DNA from: Oculina patagonica | Lineage: Eukaryota | NCBI RefSeq assembly: GCF_052425735.1 | Contig: NC_135758.1 | Span: 37,572,001 to 37,636,000, forward strand | Length of the DNA stretch: 64,000 nucleotides | Direction: 5' to 3' | Part shown: positions 48,301 to 59,489 of the stretch, in pieces | How the letters are laid out: every line of letters begins with the position of its first letter | Position numbering within the stretch: position 1 is the first letter of the stretch | Notes under the pieces: model-generated | Database searches by the model: none | The model's input: only the letters and a program-made list of their open reading frames with translations | What the model was told of the DNA's origin: nothing | Position numbers and translations under genes: made by a program

Positions 48301-51300
48301 AGTAGTAATAAAACAAACAGACATTTAAAATAAATGTTGGCATGGTAATTTTATGCAACTTTTTAGGATTCTCCAGTGTTAACACAATACTTACATGATC
48401 AACATCAAATTCCTTGGAATCCTTTCCTGACTTTGTTCCTTTGCACTGTTCAATGATAATTTCCTCGACAAACTGTTTGTAAGTGGACCTTAAATTTAAA
48501 AAGATGAAACAAGCTGTCTTGTTTAAGGAATACATGTAACAATTTTTATGATTATCACATTATTTCTCTATAATTTTCGAAAAAAAATTAATGTTTACAC
48601 ACTCACGAGAAACATTTACTACTTATAAAAGTAAGTCTATTTATTGGTAACCAAGATCTAAATCGTGCAAGGTGTGGTGGCCTAATGGTTAGTGCGCTCG
48701 ACTCTGCGTTGTGTTCTTGGGCAAGGCACTTTACTCTCACAGTGCCTCTCTCCACCCAGGTGTATAAATGGGTACCAGCAAATTTACTGCTGGAGAGTAA
48801 CCCTGCGATGGACTAGCATCCCATCCAGGGGGGAGTAGCAATACTCCTAGTCGCTTAATGCTAAGGAAACCGGGATAAGCTCCGCCTGTATGGGCCACTT
48901 TGCTCGGATACAGACTTTTTCAAGATCTAAATCATGAGCTACATCATACTTTGACAAGACAATTTATGACCGTGGTCAGGGTCCGAAATTGCGCCTTCCT
49001 GGTCGCCAGTGCGACTTACCCCGGTAATATTGAGAGCTGGCGACCAGAATTTCACAACTGATTGCCTGCTGGCGACTAAGTTGCTTAGTAAGAGTATTCA
49101 GAGAAATTGATTAATGATAAAATTTGGAGCCGTTTTTTTAACAATTTATTGACTCACATTTTATCTTGGCGATGTCCTTGAGATAACACTGAAGTAAATT
49201 TCTCGGTACATAATGTATAAAATCCCCAACAGCTCAGCCAACAGCTGCGATCAACACGATTCGAACATTGCAAGCCGCCTATGATGCTATTGCGGGCGCG
49301 CCGAGCTGTGTGCTGTCTTTCGCAATGATGCCGTGTCCGCAGACGTGCTGAAATATTCCGTCATTTACTTAAAACTAAGCTACGACGTTCCACAAACGCA
49401 ACACGTTCTTGTTGTCACTGTGTTGAATGAAAAACTTCCTGTCAAAATATGTCAGAAAGTTGGTGGAAATGTTTTTTATATTAAAGAGCGGAATGTTTGG
49501 GTAAGACTCACTGTAAAGTATTTTCCGTTTAAATGTTAGAGTTAACTTTCGATAAAGAAGACTTAATTAAGACTCTACTTATAGGCGAGTACAGCATTTC
49601 TTTAAGTGGTTACAGTCTGTTGAACTGGCTTTCATATCGTCGTTGTTTTGTGGTATAATTAATTGAGCATATGAATGGCCAAAAATACACAAGAAGAACA
49701 AGTATTTCATCTTTTAAAAGTAATTTAAAGATGAATTCCAGTCCGTACTGCACAATCTCCACTGCAATGTTTATGTGAGCCTCACACGAAGGAATGTTTA
49801 CAAGCAAAACTAAAAATTCCGTGACAAACTTACCTTTTTCTTCATTATTAGCACCAGATATCCTTGCAGAACAATTAAAAACGAGTAGAAGAACCTTGAA
49901 GCTATTTCAAACCGACGTTTCAGCTCATCCGGAATTCTTGAACGAAACGAATCGTAATGGCGGACTAAAAAACTTCGTGTATGCTGTCACTGAAGTGTAA
50001 CGTTTTAACGAATTCAAAACAAAAACGAAAACAGACCCCGAGTCTGCGCAGTACGGACTGGAAATCAGCTTTAAGGAAAGTCAACAAAAAAAAATTGGCG
50101 ACCAGAAGTTGCCATCTGGCGACTAAAACTTTTGGTCCGGTAGCCAGCTGGCGCCGATGTAAAAACGTTAATTTCGGACCCTGGTGGTGCTTTCTTCTAC
50201 CCTGACATAACAAAGGTAAAATACAATATTTTATAAGTGACTTGCCCAAGAACACAACACCATAACCCCAGCCGGCTGGGGCTCAAACCCAGAGTCGGAC
50301 CAACACGCTAACCATTACGCCACTGTGCCTTCCACGCAATTGATAATAAGAAACAAAGTTTATCTTTACTAAACAAGTCTTGTAACATACCTCTGTCTCT
50401 TGAGAACTTCAGGCCAAAGATCCCTTTGGGGAGGAAGGTAACCTAAAATCAGCTTCAAGATAAAATTGATTACAATTTAGAATGTCATTGTGTCTGTCAC
50501 TACTAGTCCAGATACAACAAATATGTGACTGAAAAGCTGCTCTGGAAAGTACCAGTGGTGATGAAAGCATCAGTTACTTTGTCGAAATGAAGCTGGTTAC
50601 TTCTTCCTGTAAGCGATAGAAAAGCAAGTAATAGAGCAAAGATTCTATCAAATCTGGCTAAAAATTTGTAAATACTCACTACTTGTTCCGAGACACTAAA
50701 TCAAGCGGGGTTACCTCATTAGCTGATGCCTTAGTCTGTGTAACTGGTAGTAACTATTATTGTGAAGGTAAACTTTTGGCAGCTGCTGATTGCAGATGTA
50801 CTCCACTGGTCATTTCATGTATAATTCACACTCCATCTATCGGTATGTTCCCAGGCTTAAGTTTTAGTATTTTTTCATCTGTGCAGTAAAGGAAGCATGG
50901 CAGTGTGACTAACATTAATTTCCATTAGTCACAACTGGCCAGCCAGACCGGTATATTCAAGAACAGAGGTTCGTTGTTAGTCAGATTCGTCCTGCCAAAC
51001 CAGTCATTGCATAAATATAAACTGTTGTGGTGGATTTGTAAAAAAAAAATCATGGAAAAGGGACCATTTCACATTCAAAACCACTGGATATTTCTAAGGG
51101 CACGTTCTGAGAAAGAGTGACAGAGTTCAAGGTTCAGAGTTCAAGGGCACTTTCTCAGAAAGTGCCCTTAGAAACATTTAATTAGCCCCTCCCCCAAGTT
51201 TATCAAAAATTGATTACCCACCCCAGGGGGGTAAATGGTATATGTGTTGCAGCTGCCTACCTTCCAGCATAGTGAGCGAATTCCAGATCCATCAGGAATA

Positions 51301-51584
51301 CCTGTCATTAAATGATTAAGAAATGAAAAAATCAGTCCCCTACCACACCATAAACAGCCCAAGATTCAAGAAATTTCCTTATGCAGAACAATCTACAGAT
51401 CGCACATACCACTAAAGCAGAGCCTTTTCAAATGTCTGAGGTCAATCTGTCGTGCAGAGAGAGCAGATTTGAACTCTGTCACCCTTCAAATAAAGAAAAA
51501 TGAATTAAAGCTAGCTGATCAACGAGAAATCTTCTTGCTTGGGAGTACAACAGAGATCTCACATTACCTCTGCTTGAACGCCAT
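42374..51584 (-). CDS. TBC1D13: TBC1 domain family member 13 (Rab-GAP), 17 exons, about 415 aa
   Basis: Exons 51584-51568, 51483-51410, 51301-51261, 50452-50391, 48488-48395, 47445-47363, 46979-46912, 46426-46332, 45964-45893, 45638-45579, 45358-45292, 44836-44738, 44474-44410, 44140-44062, 43656-43575, 43195-43138, 42505-42374 (1248 nt, phase-consistent). Motifs DHPLNPNPDSQW, IDKDCRRLCPDISFFQ (Arg finger), YAKLNPGLGYVQGMNE (Gln finger), FRWLTLLLSQEF. Confidence 0.95.
44880..45170 (-). mobile_element. SINE (family A)
   Basis: Reverse complement of the family core (ACCCATTTATACACCTGGGTGGAGAGAGG, CTTGCCCAAGAACACA). Confidence 0.8.
46033..46264. mobile_element. hAT-like MITE
   Basis: CAGGGCTGCAAATA / TATTTGCAGCCCTG; flanks CCACC(C)/CCACC. 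Confidence 0.7.
47550..47860 (+). mobile_element. SINE (family A); an inverted degraded copy follows at about 47960-48162
   Basis: A/B boxes plus the family core. Confidence 0.82.
48668..48920 (+). mobile_element. SINE (family A) with B-box deletion and clear TSD
   Basis: Family core flanked by direct repeat CAAGATCTAAATC at 48652 and 48921. Confidence 0.85.
48977..50183. mobile_element. 1.2-kb hAT5-like non-autonomous transposon in a TBC1D13 intron
   Basis: CAGGGTCCGAAATT / AATTTCGGACCCTG TIRs, 5-bp TSD GTGGT, subterminal TGGCGAC repeats; no transposase ORF. Confidence 0.8.
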
Positions 51585-51868
51585 TTTGAAATTGAGCCCG
51601 CGAAATTGCAAATCGATAACAAGGAAATCGATTATTGTCACATCCAATCAAAATCATTCTACAAAGAACATTCGACCAATCAAATCGCACAAATTCCGAA
51701 CACGTGCCGGCTATTCTAAGAACAACTGGTGGTGTGCTGTCGGTCTTTTCCGCGTCCATCTTTTCTGTGTGACAATTCATCGTTTGAAGTAGCAAGGTTT
51801 TTCAATTTCTTTTGCCTAAACCTTTTCACAACAGCAAGGAAAAGCTTTCGAAAAGAAGCATTTCAAAC
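51585..51868. promoter_or_regulatory. Bidirectional promoter between TBC1D13 and hnRNP-like gene 1
   Basis: Divergent ATGs 284 bp apart, with two CCAATCA boxes ~32 bp apart (about 51644 and 51676). Confidence 0.6.
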
Positions 51869-52741
51869 ATGGCGAACGAAACGAACAACGACGATCGACT
51901 GAAAAAGATCTTTGTTGGTGGTTTGAACAGATCTACGACCAATGACGGTTTAAAAGGATACTTTGAAAGCTATGGAGAAATGTCAGACTGTGTTGTAATC
52001 ACTGATTCTCAAACAAAAGAGTCAAGAGGATTCGGTTATGTGACTTTCGTAGACAAGGAAAGCGTCGTCGAAGTATTAAAAGACAAGAAAGAAAAGGGAG
52101 CCCATACCATTGAAGGAAAAGAAGTCGAAGTCAAACGAGCCATTCCAAGAGATGATGACAGCGCAACAGCGCGTCTCAAAACAAAGAAAATCTTCATTGG
52201 TGGATTAAAAGACGAGGCAACCTCCGAGGATATCCAGCAATGCCTTGCTGAAGCTGTGCGCGGCATTGCTCCAACCAGCGTCGACTTGATCATGAAGAAA
52301 TCAGAAGATGGCAGCGCCAGCAAACATCGTGGTTTTTGTTTTGTTGAATTCGAAGACGAAGATGTCGTCGATGAACTTTGCTGTATCAAAAGAGTCAACA
52401 TTTGTGGAAAGAACGTGGAAATCAAGAAAGCCGAACCCAAAGACAAAGACAGCCGTGGTGGCCAGGGGGGACGCGGCGGACGCGGAGGTAGCCGTGGGGG
52501 CCGCGGGGGTGGCCGCGGTCGTGATCACGGTGGCAACCAGTATGGCGGTTACCAAGGAGGCGGCTATAATCAATCGTATGGCGCCTATGGTGATCCCTAT
52601 TATGGTGCTGGCTATGGTACCGGATACGACTACGGTTATGGTGGAATGGGTGCCTACCAACAAGCACCTTCAGGTTATGGCCCGCAAGGTGGATATGGTC
52701 GGGGTGGCGGTGGACAGGATGGGCGCTACAGGCCATACTAG
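51869..52741 (+). CDS. hnRNP A/B/D-like RNA-binding protein (2 RRM + RGG/GY-rich tail), 290 aa, intronless CDS
   Basis: RNP2/RNP1 motifs KIFVGGL / RGFGYVTF and KIFIGGL / RGFCFVEF, RGG boxes, and C-terminal GRYRPY (PY-NLS type). The first ATG is at 51869; the ORF-track start at 51812 is TTG. Confidence 0.93.
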   Translation: MANETNNDDRLKKIFVGGLNRSTTNDGLKGYFESYGEMSDCVVITDSQTKESRGFGYVTFVDKESVVEVLKDKKEKGAHTIEGKEVEVKRAIPRDDDSATARLKTKKIFIGGLKDEATSEDIQQCLAEAVRGIAPTSVDLIMKKSEDGSASKHRGFCFVEFEDEDVVDELCCIKRVNICGKNVEIKKAEPKDKDSRGGQGGRGGRGGSRGGRGGGRGRDHGGNQYGGYQGGGYNQSYGAYGDPYYGAGYGTGYDYGYGGMGAYQQAPSGYGPQGGYGRGGGGQDGRYRPY

Positions 52742-52834
52742 AAAAAAACAGGTATGCACATATTTCTTTGGTTTTTTTAATATCTAGACATTTTTTGATG
52801 ACTTATGTTGTATTTTATGATGAATTTTCTGCTA

Positions 52835-52958
52835 AACTGCAGAATACCCTGCAAATGAGATTCATCTTATTGAACAACAATAGTTCCTATTGTTTCCTGC
52901 CTCATTCTTCAAAGAGTTTCGACGAGGGTGAATCTCATTTGCAGGGTATTCTGCAGTT
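52835..52958. repeat. 30-bp perfect inverted repeat inside the predicted 3'UTR intron
   Basis: AACTGCAGAATACCCTGCAAATGAGATTCA / TGAATCTCATTTGCAGGGTATTCTGCAGTT. Confidence 0.85.
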
Positions 52959-53854
52959 GCTCCAGGTTTCCATAATGATCCCTGCATTGGCTTTATTTTA
53001 CAATTCCCGGCAAACTTGTTGCATGTCATTTCTGACCAGGTGGGAATTTTGGCAACACGTTCTCCTGCCTCTACAAGGCAATAATAATTGTAGAAGAGAG
53101 TAATTCTTTTGTTTAAATAGTTTTCAGGCTAACTGTTGCTGTTCTAAGGAGTCTAAGCTTGTTCTGTTTTGATACCTAGGTTTTGTCGCATTTGAAGTCT
53201 AAGTCTACCTAGCCAGACATAAGTTATGTAAGGCACCAAGGACCTAGGCTACTTGAGGATACACAGTGTTACAGTTGCAGTCAATTGACCAGTTAAGATG
53301 CAGTATAGGCTACCTCGCAATCCCAGACATCTTCGTGTAGACAGAACTCAACAAGTCACAGCATTTTAATGGGAGAAAAAATTTATTTCGTGCTTGCATT
53401 TTTTAGTGTGATGTATACACAACCTTAGCTGTTAGCTGTTATTAAAGTTGGTTAGGTTAAGAATAAAGGACTTGATTTTATTCCGGAGTGGTTAGTTTTT
53501 GTGGAGAAGATAATAAGGCCGCAATTAAGTTGGGAGCAGACAAAGCACCCCTTAGATGGTTTTAAACCTGAAAATATATCCCTCTTCTGTTAATTGTAAA
53601 ACTCCAGAAAGGACTTCTGTCTTTGAATTCTAGTAGCTCACATTTGGAGAAACCACAACCATAAAAATTAAATCTATGGTAATTTTTAGTTTTTTATACT
53701 TCATTCTGCGAGATGTTTTCAGAAAAAATCAGCTTCTCAATAAATTGATTTGGAGTTTCTGAGTTCTAAAGACACTTAATTTCCCAGATACAGTGAGGGA
53801 GACTTTCCACTTGCTGTGAGATTATTATTCTCAAAGCATGACACTTTGAACCCC

Positions 53855-54708
53855 CATAGGCGTACAAGGCGGGGGGCGAGGGGGGCTACAGCCCCCCCAG
53901 TGGCAAAATTTTGCGGGCAAAATGCTTAGAATTCAGGCAACAAGCCCATAAAAAATAAATTGGAAAATAAGCTGACAAATCTCAACATTACGTTTAAAAC
54001 AAACTAACTACGTCAACAGAAAAACTATTGGAAATAAACCAAACTTTGTGGTTCAAAAGTTTTACATTTCTCATTTATCTGCTTTTGCTTCCTCTCACAA
54101 ATTGCTATAATCATGTTCGATTTTTCTTGCAAATTCTGCTTGACCCAGTTTTAATGATTTTAAAGTGAGTGGGAAATTGGCGTTGGTGACCAGAAGTTTA
54201 GGATTTTCCTTAGCTTGAGCATTTGCGCGTGGTGGATCCAGTGTAATACCTTGAAACAAAGCTGTTACAAATGTGATGAAGCTAATGCTTTTGACTCAAA
54301 AGTTTAAGCTCTAGGGGCTAGGTCAAAATTTTCAACGCAATGTTTTAACCCATTTACCCCTAAATGTTTCACATGCTTTTGTATAACTTTCAAGTGGGGG
54401 AAAACGATGTAAATTGGCTACCTAAAAATACTTTGATTTTTGCTAAACTAGAATGAATAAATAAAATATTTCCTAAGAAAAAGGATTGAGTGCATTAACA
54501 TCTTCGGGAAACGCCGCAAAATTAATTAAAGAACTATTGTTTCCTTTGAACAAGCAGGACCGTAAGCAAGCAAGGTTTGTACGCAACTATTTCATCGCAC
54601 GTTTTGTTGTCCATTTTATATGCCTCTTAATTAGCTTTCAACACGTGTCACTTTTTGGGGCAATAAGGTCTCCTCCCTCCCAGGTCCAAAAGTGCCCGTA
54701 CGCCTATG
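53855..54708. mobile_element. hAT non-autonomous element with 8-bp TSD
   Basis: CATAGGCGTAC / GTACGCCTATG; TSD TGAACCCC/TGCACCCC. Confidence 0.75.
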
Positions 54709-55846
54709 TGCACCCCTGACAAATTGATTTGTAGCACTTTAGTTCAATGTTCTTCTTAAAAATTTGGAGAAGAAGGAGAAGATTTTGTAGGAACCAGCAA
54801 TAGGCATTCAAAAAGTAAAACACTTATCACAAAAAAGGCAGGATTTGTTTTATTGCTAAAACTTCACCGCCCTAAAAATGTGCTTCACTGAAAGTGATTA
54901 CCACTGTAAACCATGGAATTTTGGAATTTTCATCCAAAATTAGAAAGGCATTTTTAAGTGACATTACACATCATATAATGTTACATAAGTTTTAGCCAAT
55001 GACCATCAGTGAGCTTAGAGTAGTTCACTTTTTTATGGGATAATTTATCATTACGATTCTTGTTTTGTGTGGAGTTTCAAGACAAAGTTTTACTGTTTCC
55101 AACTTGGGGAAGAAATGAAAAAGTAATGGAAACAAGTAAAACTTGAGCTTGTTTCTTGTGTACATTTTGTATCTTTAAAAATTTTTTATTGTCTCAAAGG
55201 TAGTCGGTGTGCCAAGGAATTTCGCTAGTCTCTGGTGCTTGTAGAGAACCTGCCTTATCTATCAGTTGCTGTCTGTTTTTTGTTACACTTTAAATAATGT
55301 TACAGACAAAAGGGCTGAAGCGTTCTGACTAACAGGGTTCGAACATGTCCTGGAAAGTCCTGGAATTTTATTGTGGCACTTTCCAGGCTAGAAAGTCCCG
55401 GGAAAAGACTACCAGTCCTGGAAAGTTCTAGAAATCTGTTAAACCCAAGTAACAACTGAATCCTCAGAACTAACATTTTAAGAAATGTATTTGTCGTTTT
55501 TACGAAAGTTTTCAGCCAGAAACTTGAATCATGGTCCTAAAAAATAAGCAGATCATGCATCATACTAGACTGGCAATTCACGGATCATGACCAGATTTGA
55601 GCTGGTTTCAAGATCACATCACTGCCAGTTTTTCCTCAAAACACCTCGCCCCTTTACCACCCAGCTTTCTATGCCCATGAATTAAACCAGTCAAGATTCG
55701 ATTGAACACTACAGTTGAATGATTGTTTTATTCAGTTGAAGACTGCTTTGTTGTTAATAAAAGAATTAAAGGGACACTATCAGGAGCTTCACTTCAAACA
55801 TTCAAGAACCTAAAAATGTATTAGAACTAGCTAATGGAAACCTATT

Positions 55847-56090
55847 GGAGGCAGCGTGGCCAAGCGGTTAGAGCGTCGGACTTGAAATCCGGAGGTCGCG
55901 GGTTCAAGTCCCATTCTGACCACTAGCTGGTGTTGTTTTCGGTAGCCCCAAATTCAACTCCTTGGCTACGCTTGTAAATAGCCAACTGGTCTGCCTCCTG
56001 CCAGTTGGGATTCTTAATCATGTTTCGTTCATTTACAGTTTTCAAATTGGCCCTGAAAAGCCCCATTCGGGGAGTGGTCAGTTACATGCA
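55847..56090 (+). mobile_element. tRNA-derived SINE (family B)
   Basis: tRNA-like head 55850-55922 (A box TGGCCAAGCGG, B box GGTTCAAGTCC) with an imperfect acceptor stem, continuing into an unrelated body with no Pol III terminator directly after the head. Confidence 0.7.
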
Positions 56091-56281
56091 TATTTTTTTT
56101 TTAACCTACAAAATAATAGTAGTCCAGTTTTGTTAAAAATTACTTGGCCAGTGCACTGAAATATAAAAGGAGTGATATTATTGTGATACCATCAGGATCT
56201 TTAGATCTCAACTTGAAAAAGCTTAGCTGTGACTTTTTCAAGTTCTGCCCTTGTGGCCTGGAAAAAAACACTTAGAAATTA

Positions 56282-57600
56282 CAGTGAAACGAACTCAACC
56301 GGGGCCACCCAACGTTTTTTAGCCAATCACAAGACAAGTTTTAAACAAAAGAATTGGAGTTCCTTGGTCAGGCAACCAATCACAGTGGAGGGCAATTTCA
56401 ACTCCTCGCTTGTTGACTGAATACGATGCGAAGGCACGCTAAAGTGTTGTTTTTACGGCAAAAATATAATTTTGTTCATTTCGTTTACGGTTAAGGCGAA
56501 AGTCTGCCGGTAATTTAGAACACTGGACGGAATCAACGTAAATAAGTTTACCGAATGACGGCCGGGAATTTTGAAGACTGAACGGACTCAACGAAAATAG
56601 CACGGCCTGCGCCTGGAATGAAGACAAAACGGACTCGACACAAATTTATTTACCGGCTGAAACTGTGAAGACGAAACGGCTTTTCCTCAAACCAGTATTT
56701 ATATTTGCCGAAGCGAATCAACACCGGTCCACAAAGAGATAAACTCAGTGTATTACATCAGTGATATATATACAGTGATATAGTGATAAAAAGAACATTG
56801 TACCTAATGAACAAATTACAACGGCGAACATTTCAAACCATAAATATTCATCGCCGGATAAACTCAACAAAACGTGCAGAAACGTGACAGGTTCACGCAT
56901 ACTTGTTAGCGGCTGTAATTTGGTAAATTTATTTTTACGTTGAGCCCGTTTCGTGTTCAAAAATGTCGGCCGCAAATTCGAGGAAAACTAACATAAGCTT
57001 TCGTCTTCGACATTCCCGGCCGTGTTTTGGAAAATGTGTGTCATATTGTAAGTTTTATAGCCGATCATGCTTCGGTAAATTTTATATTTACGTTGCGTCC
57101 GTTCAGTCTTCAAAACTCCCGGCCGTAATATTCGATAAATTATCCAAGCTTTCGTCTTCGACATGCCAAGCCGTCTTTCGGAAAATATTGAGCTGGCCGT
57201 GAATCGGCCGGTAAATTTATTTCGCTACGTTCATCACTTCGTTCAGTCTTTCGAAGTCTTCAAAATTGCTCGCCGTAATTCGGTGATACGCTGAATCCTT
57301 TCAGTCTTCAAAAATATTCGCGGCCGTAATTCGGTAGACGTATTTACGTTGATTCCGTCCAGTGTTCCAAATTACTGGCAGACTTTCGCCTTAACCTTAA
57401 ACGAAATGAACAAAATTATATTTTTGCCGTAAAAACAACACTTTAGCGTGCCTTCGCATCGTATTCAGTCAAGCGAAGAGTTAAAATTGCCCTTCACTGT
57501 GATTGGTCCCCTGACCAAGGAACTCCAATTCTTTTGTTTTAATCTCGTCTTGTGATTGGCTAAAAAACGTTGGGTGGCCCCGGTTGAGTTCGTTTCACTG
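56282..57600. mobile_element. Tc1/mariner-type foldback element with ~300-bp TIRs
   Basis: TA-CAGTGAAACGAACTCAACCGGGGCCACCC ... GGGTGGCCCCGGTTGAGTTCGTTTCACTG-TA. The arms are near-identical for about 300 bp, with internal GAAGAC/CGGCCG repeats and no transposase. Confidence 0.9.
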
Positions 57601-58294
57601 TAATAATGGCTCCCCTCTTCCTTCAAGAACAATTTACTTTGTGTTCTAGGTACAAGGAAAAGTACTCAGACAATTTTAGTACCCCAGTAGGTTTCACTGA
57701 AAAGCAGAAAAATCCCTGTGACAGTGTCCCTTCAATGTATCTGTCAAATCCAAGCCCCCCCCCACCCCTCGGCAGACCCTGGGCAATTGACCTGAGTTAA
57801 GCTCTGTATAGTGTGTATTTGACACAAAACTTTGCCCGCCATGTCAAGCATTTGACCATTAAAGAAACGTTAGTAAGTTCTCTCAAGATAAAGGATTTTG
57901 TAATCCATTCATTCACTTATGCTCACATTACTGGCAACATTCCATGATTTCACCTCTGTTTTTGTTTTGGTATTCCTTTGCCCTTAATGAAAAACATAAT
58001 GTGGATTTGCTGTCAAAAGAAAATTTTTTTAATTGGTTATCAATAACATATTACCAGAAACAATTCACAGGTAGCATATTAGAGCCCAAACCGGTGGGGC
58101 ATTTGACCCTGTGTAGAAAATTATTTAGTTGTGTCTTCAAAGAGTTGCAACAACAAAACCTTGTCACAAAATGCCTCTTGTCTTTACTTAACCCAAGATA
58201 ATTGGAGAACTTTTTCAGGAATGATCAAGATTCAGTATCAAAACTTTTTAAGCAGACTTCTGACTAGTATTAAGAATAAAGCAGTGTTATTCTT

Positions 58295-58609
58295 TAGACT
58301 ACGAGCAGTCCCTATTTTGCCGCAGAGTCCGTCGAACGTGAAGCGAAAAAATAAATGACCGCATGAAAAATGGGTACGTGGCTGCGTGAGGAGAGGTAAA
58401 AAAAATATATTGATAACTTTTTCCGCCTCTTGCCTTGACCTGCCTCGTCCCCATTTTTCCTGTGGTCATTTATTTTTTCCCTTCACGTTCAATGGACTCA
58501 CGCTGTCATTTATTTTTTCCCTTCACATTTGATGGAATCACACCGTCATTTATTTTTTCCCTTCATGTTCAATGGATTCTGTGAAATTATAGGGACTGCT
58601 CGTAGTTTA
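58295..58609. mobile_element. AcademH-like MITE with internal ~40-bp tandem repeats
   Basis: TAGACTACGAGCAGTCCCTAT / ATAGGGACTGCTCGTAGTTTA, degenerate 9-bp TSD, and three GTCATTTATTTTTTCCCTTCA units. Confidence 0.65.
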
Positions 58610-59242
58610 GTTTTCCTTAGGCAGCAACCAGTAGATTTATCGCATTACTTTCTGCAATCACTTAAAATTCTTAAAAATTCACTGAACAGGTAAGTAACAA
58701 AGTTATAGAACTTTTTCCACCTATTTAGCGGCTTGATCTTATAAGAAAAAAGTGAATAGGTAAAAAATAAACGGTGAACTAGTAAATGTTAATTAACTAC
58801 AATTTATTTCCATAATTCTCCTGATCTGGAGGCATGTACTGAAAACGGTTAAGTGGCACATGCGTAGGAGATGAATTTATTGCTGTTACAGGAACAACAT
58901 TATTTTAAGGTCGGGACACACCAGGCGACAAGTTGCTCCGTGTGTAGTGCTTCAAAACAAGTTGCTGCAACAAGGCAGTTGTGCACATGCAATGAATTTG
59001 GAAAAGTGGGAATGTGAACTAGTTTTCCAATTCAATATGGCGAAAAATATGACGCTTTCTCATTAGTTAATGAATATTTTGTCGCAGAAGTGTGCACATG
59101 CTGCAATCACTCATTTTGTCACTGCGATCAGTCACGAATTCAAGCTGATTTGAATTTGTGCGACTGATCGCAGCGACAAAATTCTATCGCAGCGAAAAGA
59201 GCATTTTTTAAAAAAAGAGCATATTTAAAGAGCATGCACAAA

Positions 59243-59489
59243 TAGGGGTCATGAATGGTCCCTCAAAATGTCGCAATGCTCGCAAATGCTCGCAAAATGT
59301 TAGTGGGTGCTCGTTATCTCGTGCTCGCACAATTTTACAAGTGCTTGCATGCTCGGTTTTTAGTGAAGGTATGTTTTTGAAAAGTGCTCGTTGCTCGCAA
59401 GGCTAATTTTTGTCAATGCTCGTGCTCGCAAAGAAAAACGCGGTGCTCCCATGCTCGCAAATGCTCGCAAAGACCATTTGATACCCCTA
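59243..59489. mobile_element. Academ-like MITE
   Basis: TAGGGGT...ACCCCTA termini, 4-bp TSD CAAA, TGCTCG repeats. Confidence 0.7.

Noticed and set aside
51812-51868. N-terminal extension of hnRNP gene 1 in the ORF track
   Set aside because: It starts at TTG; the ATG at 51869 has good context and aligns with the paralog's start.
52036-52787. Antisense and alternate-frame ORFs over the hnRNP genes (also 63017-63833)
   Set aside because: Shadows of GC-richer, Gly-codon-rich coding sequence.
55850-55922. tRNA-Ser(TGA) gene
   Set aside because: Acceptor stem is imperfect, the long variable arm expected for tRNA-Ser is absent, and it runs into a SINE body.
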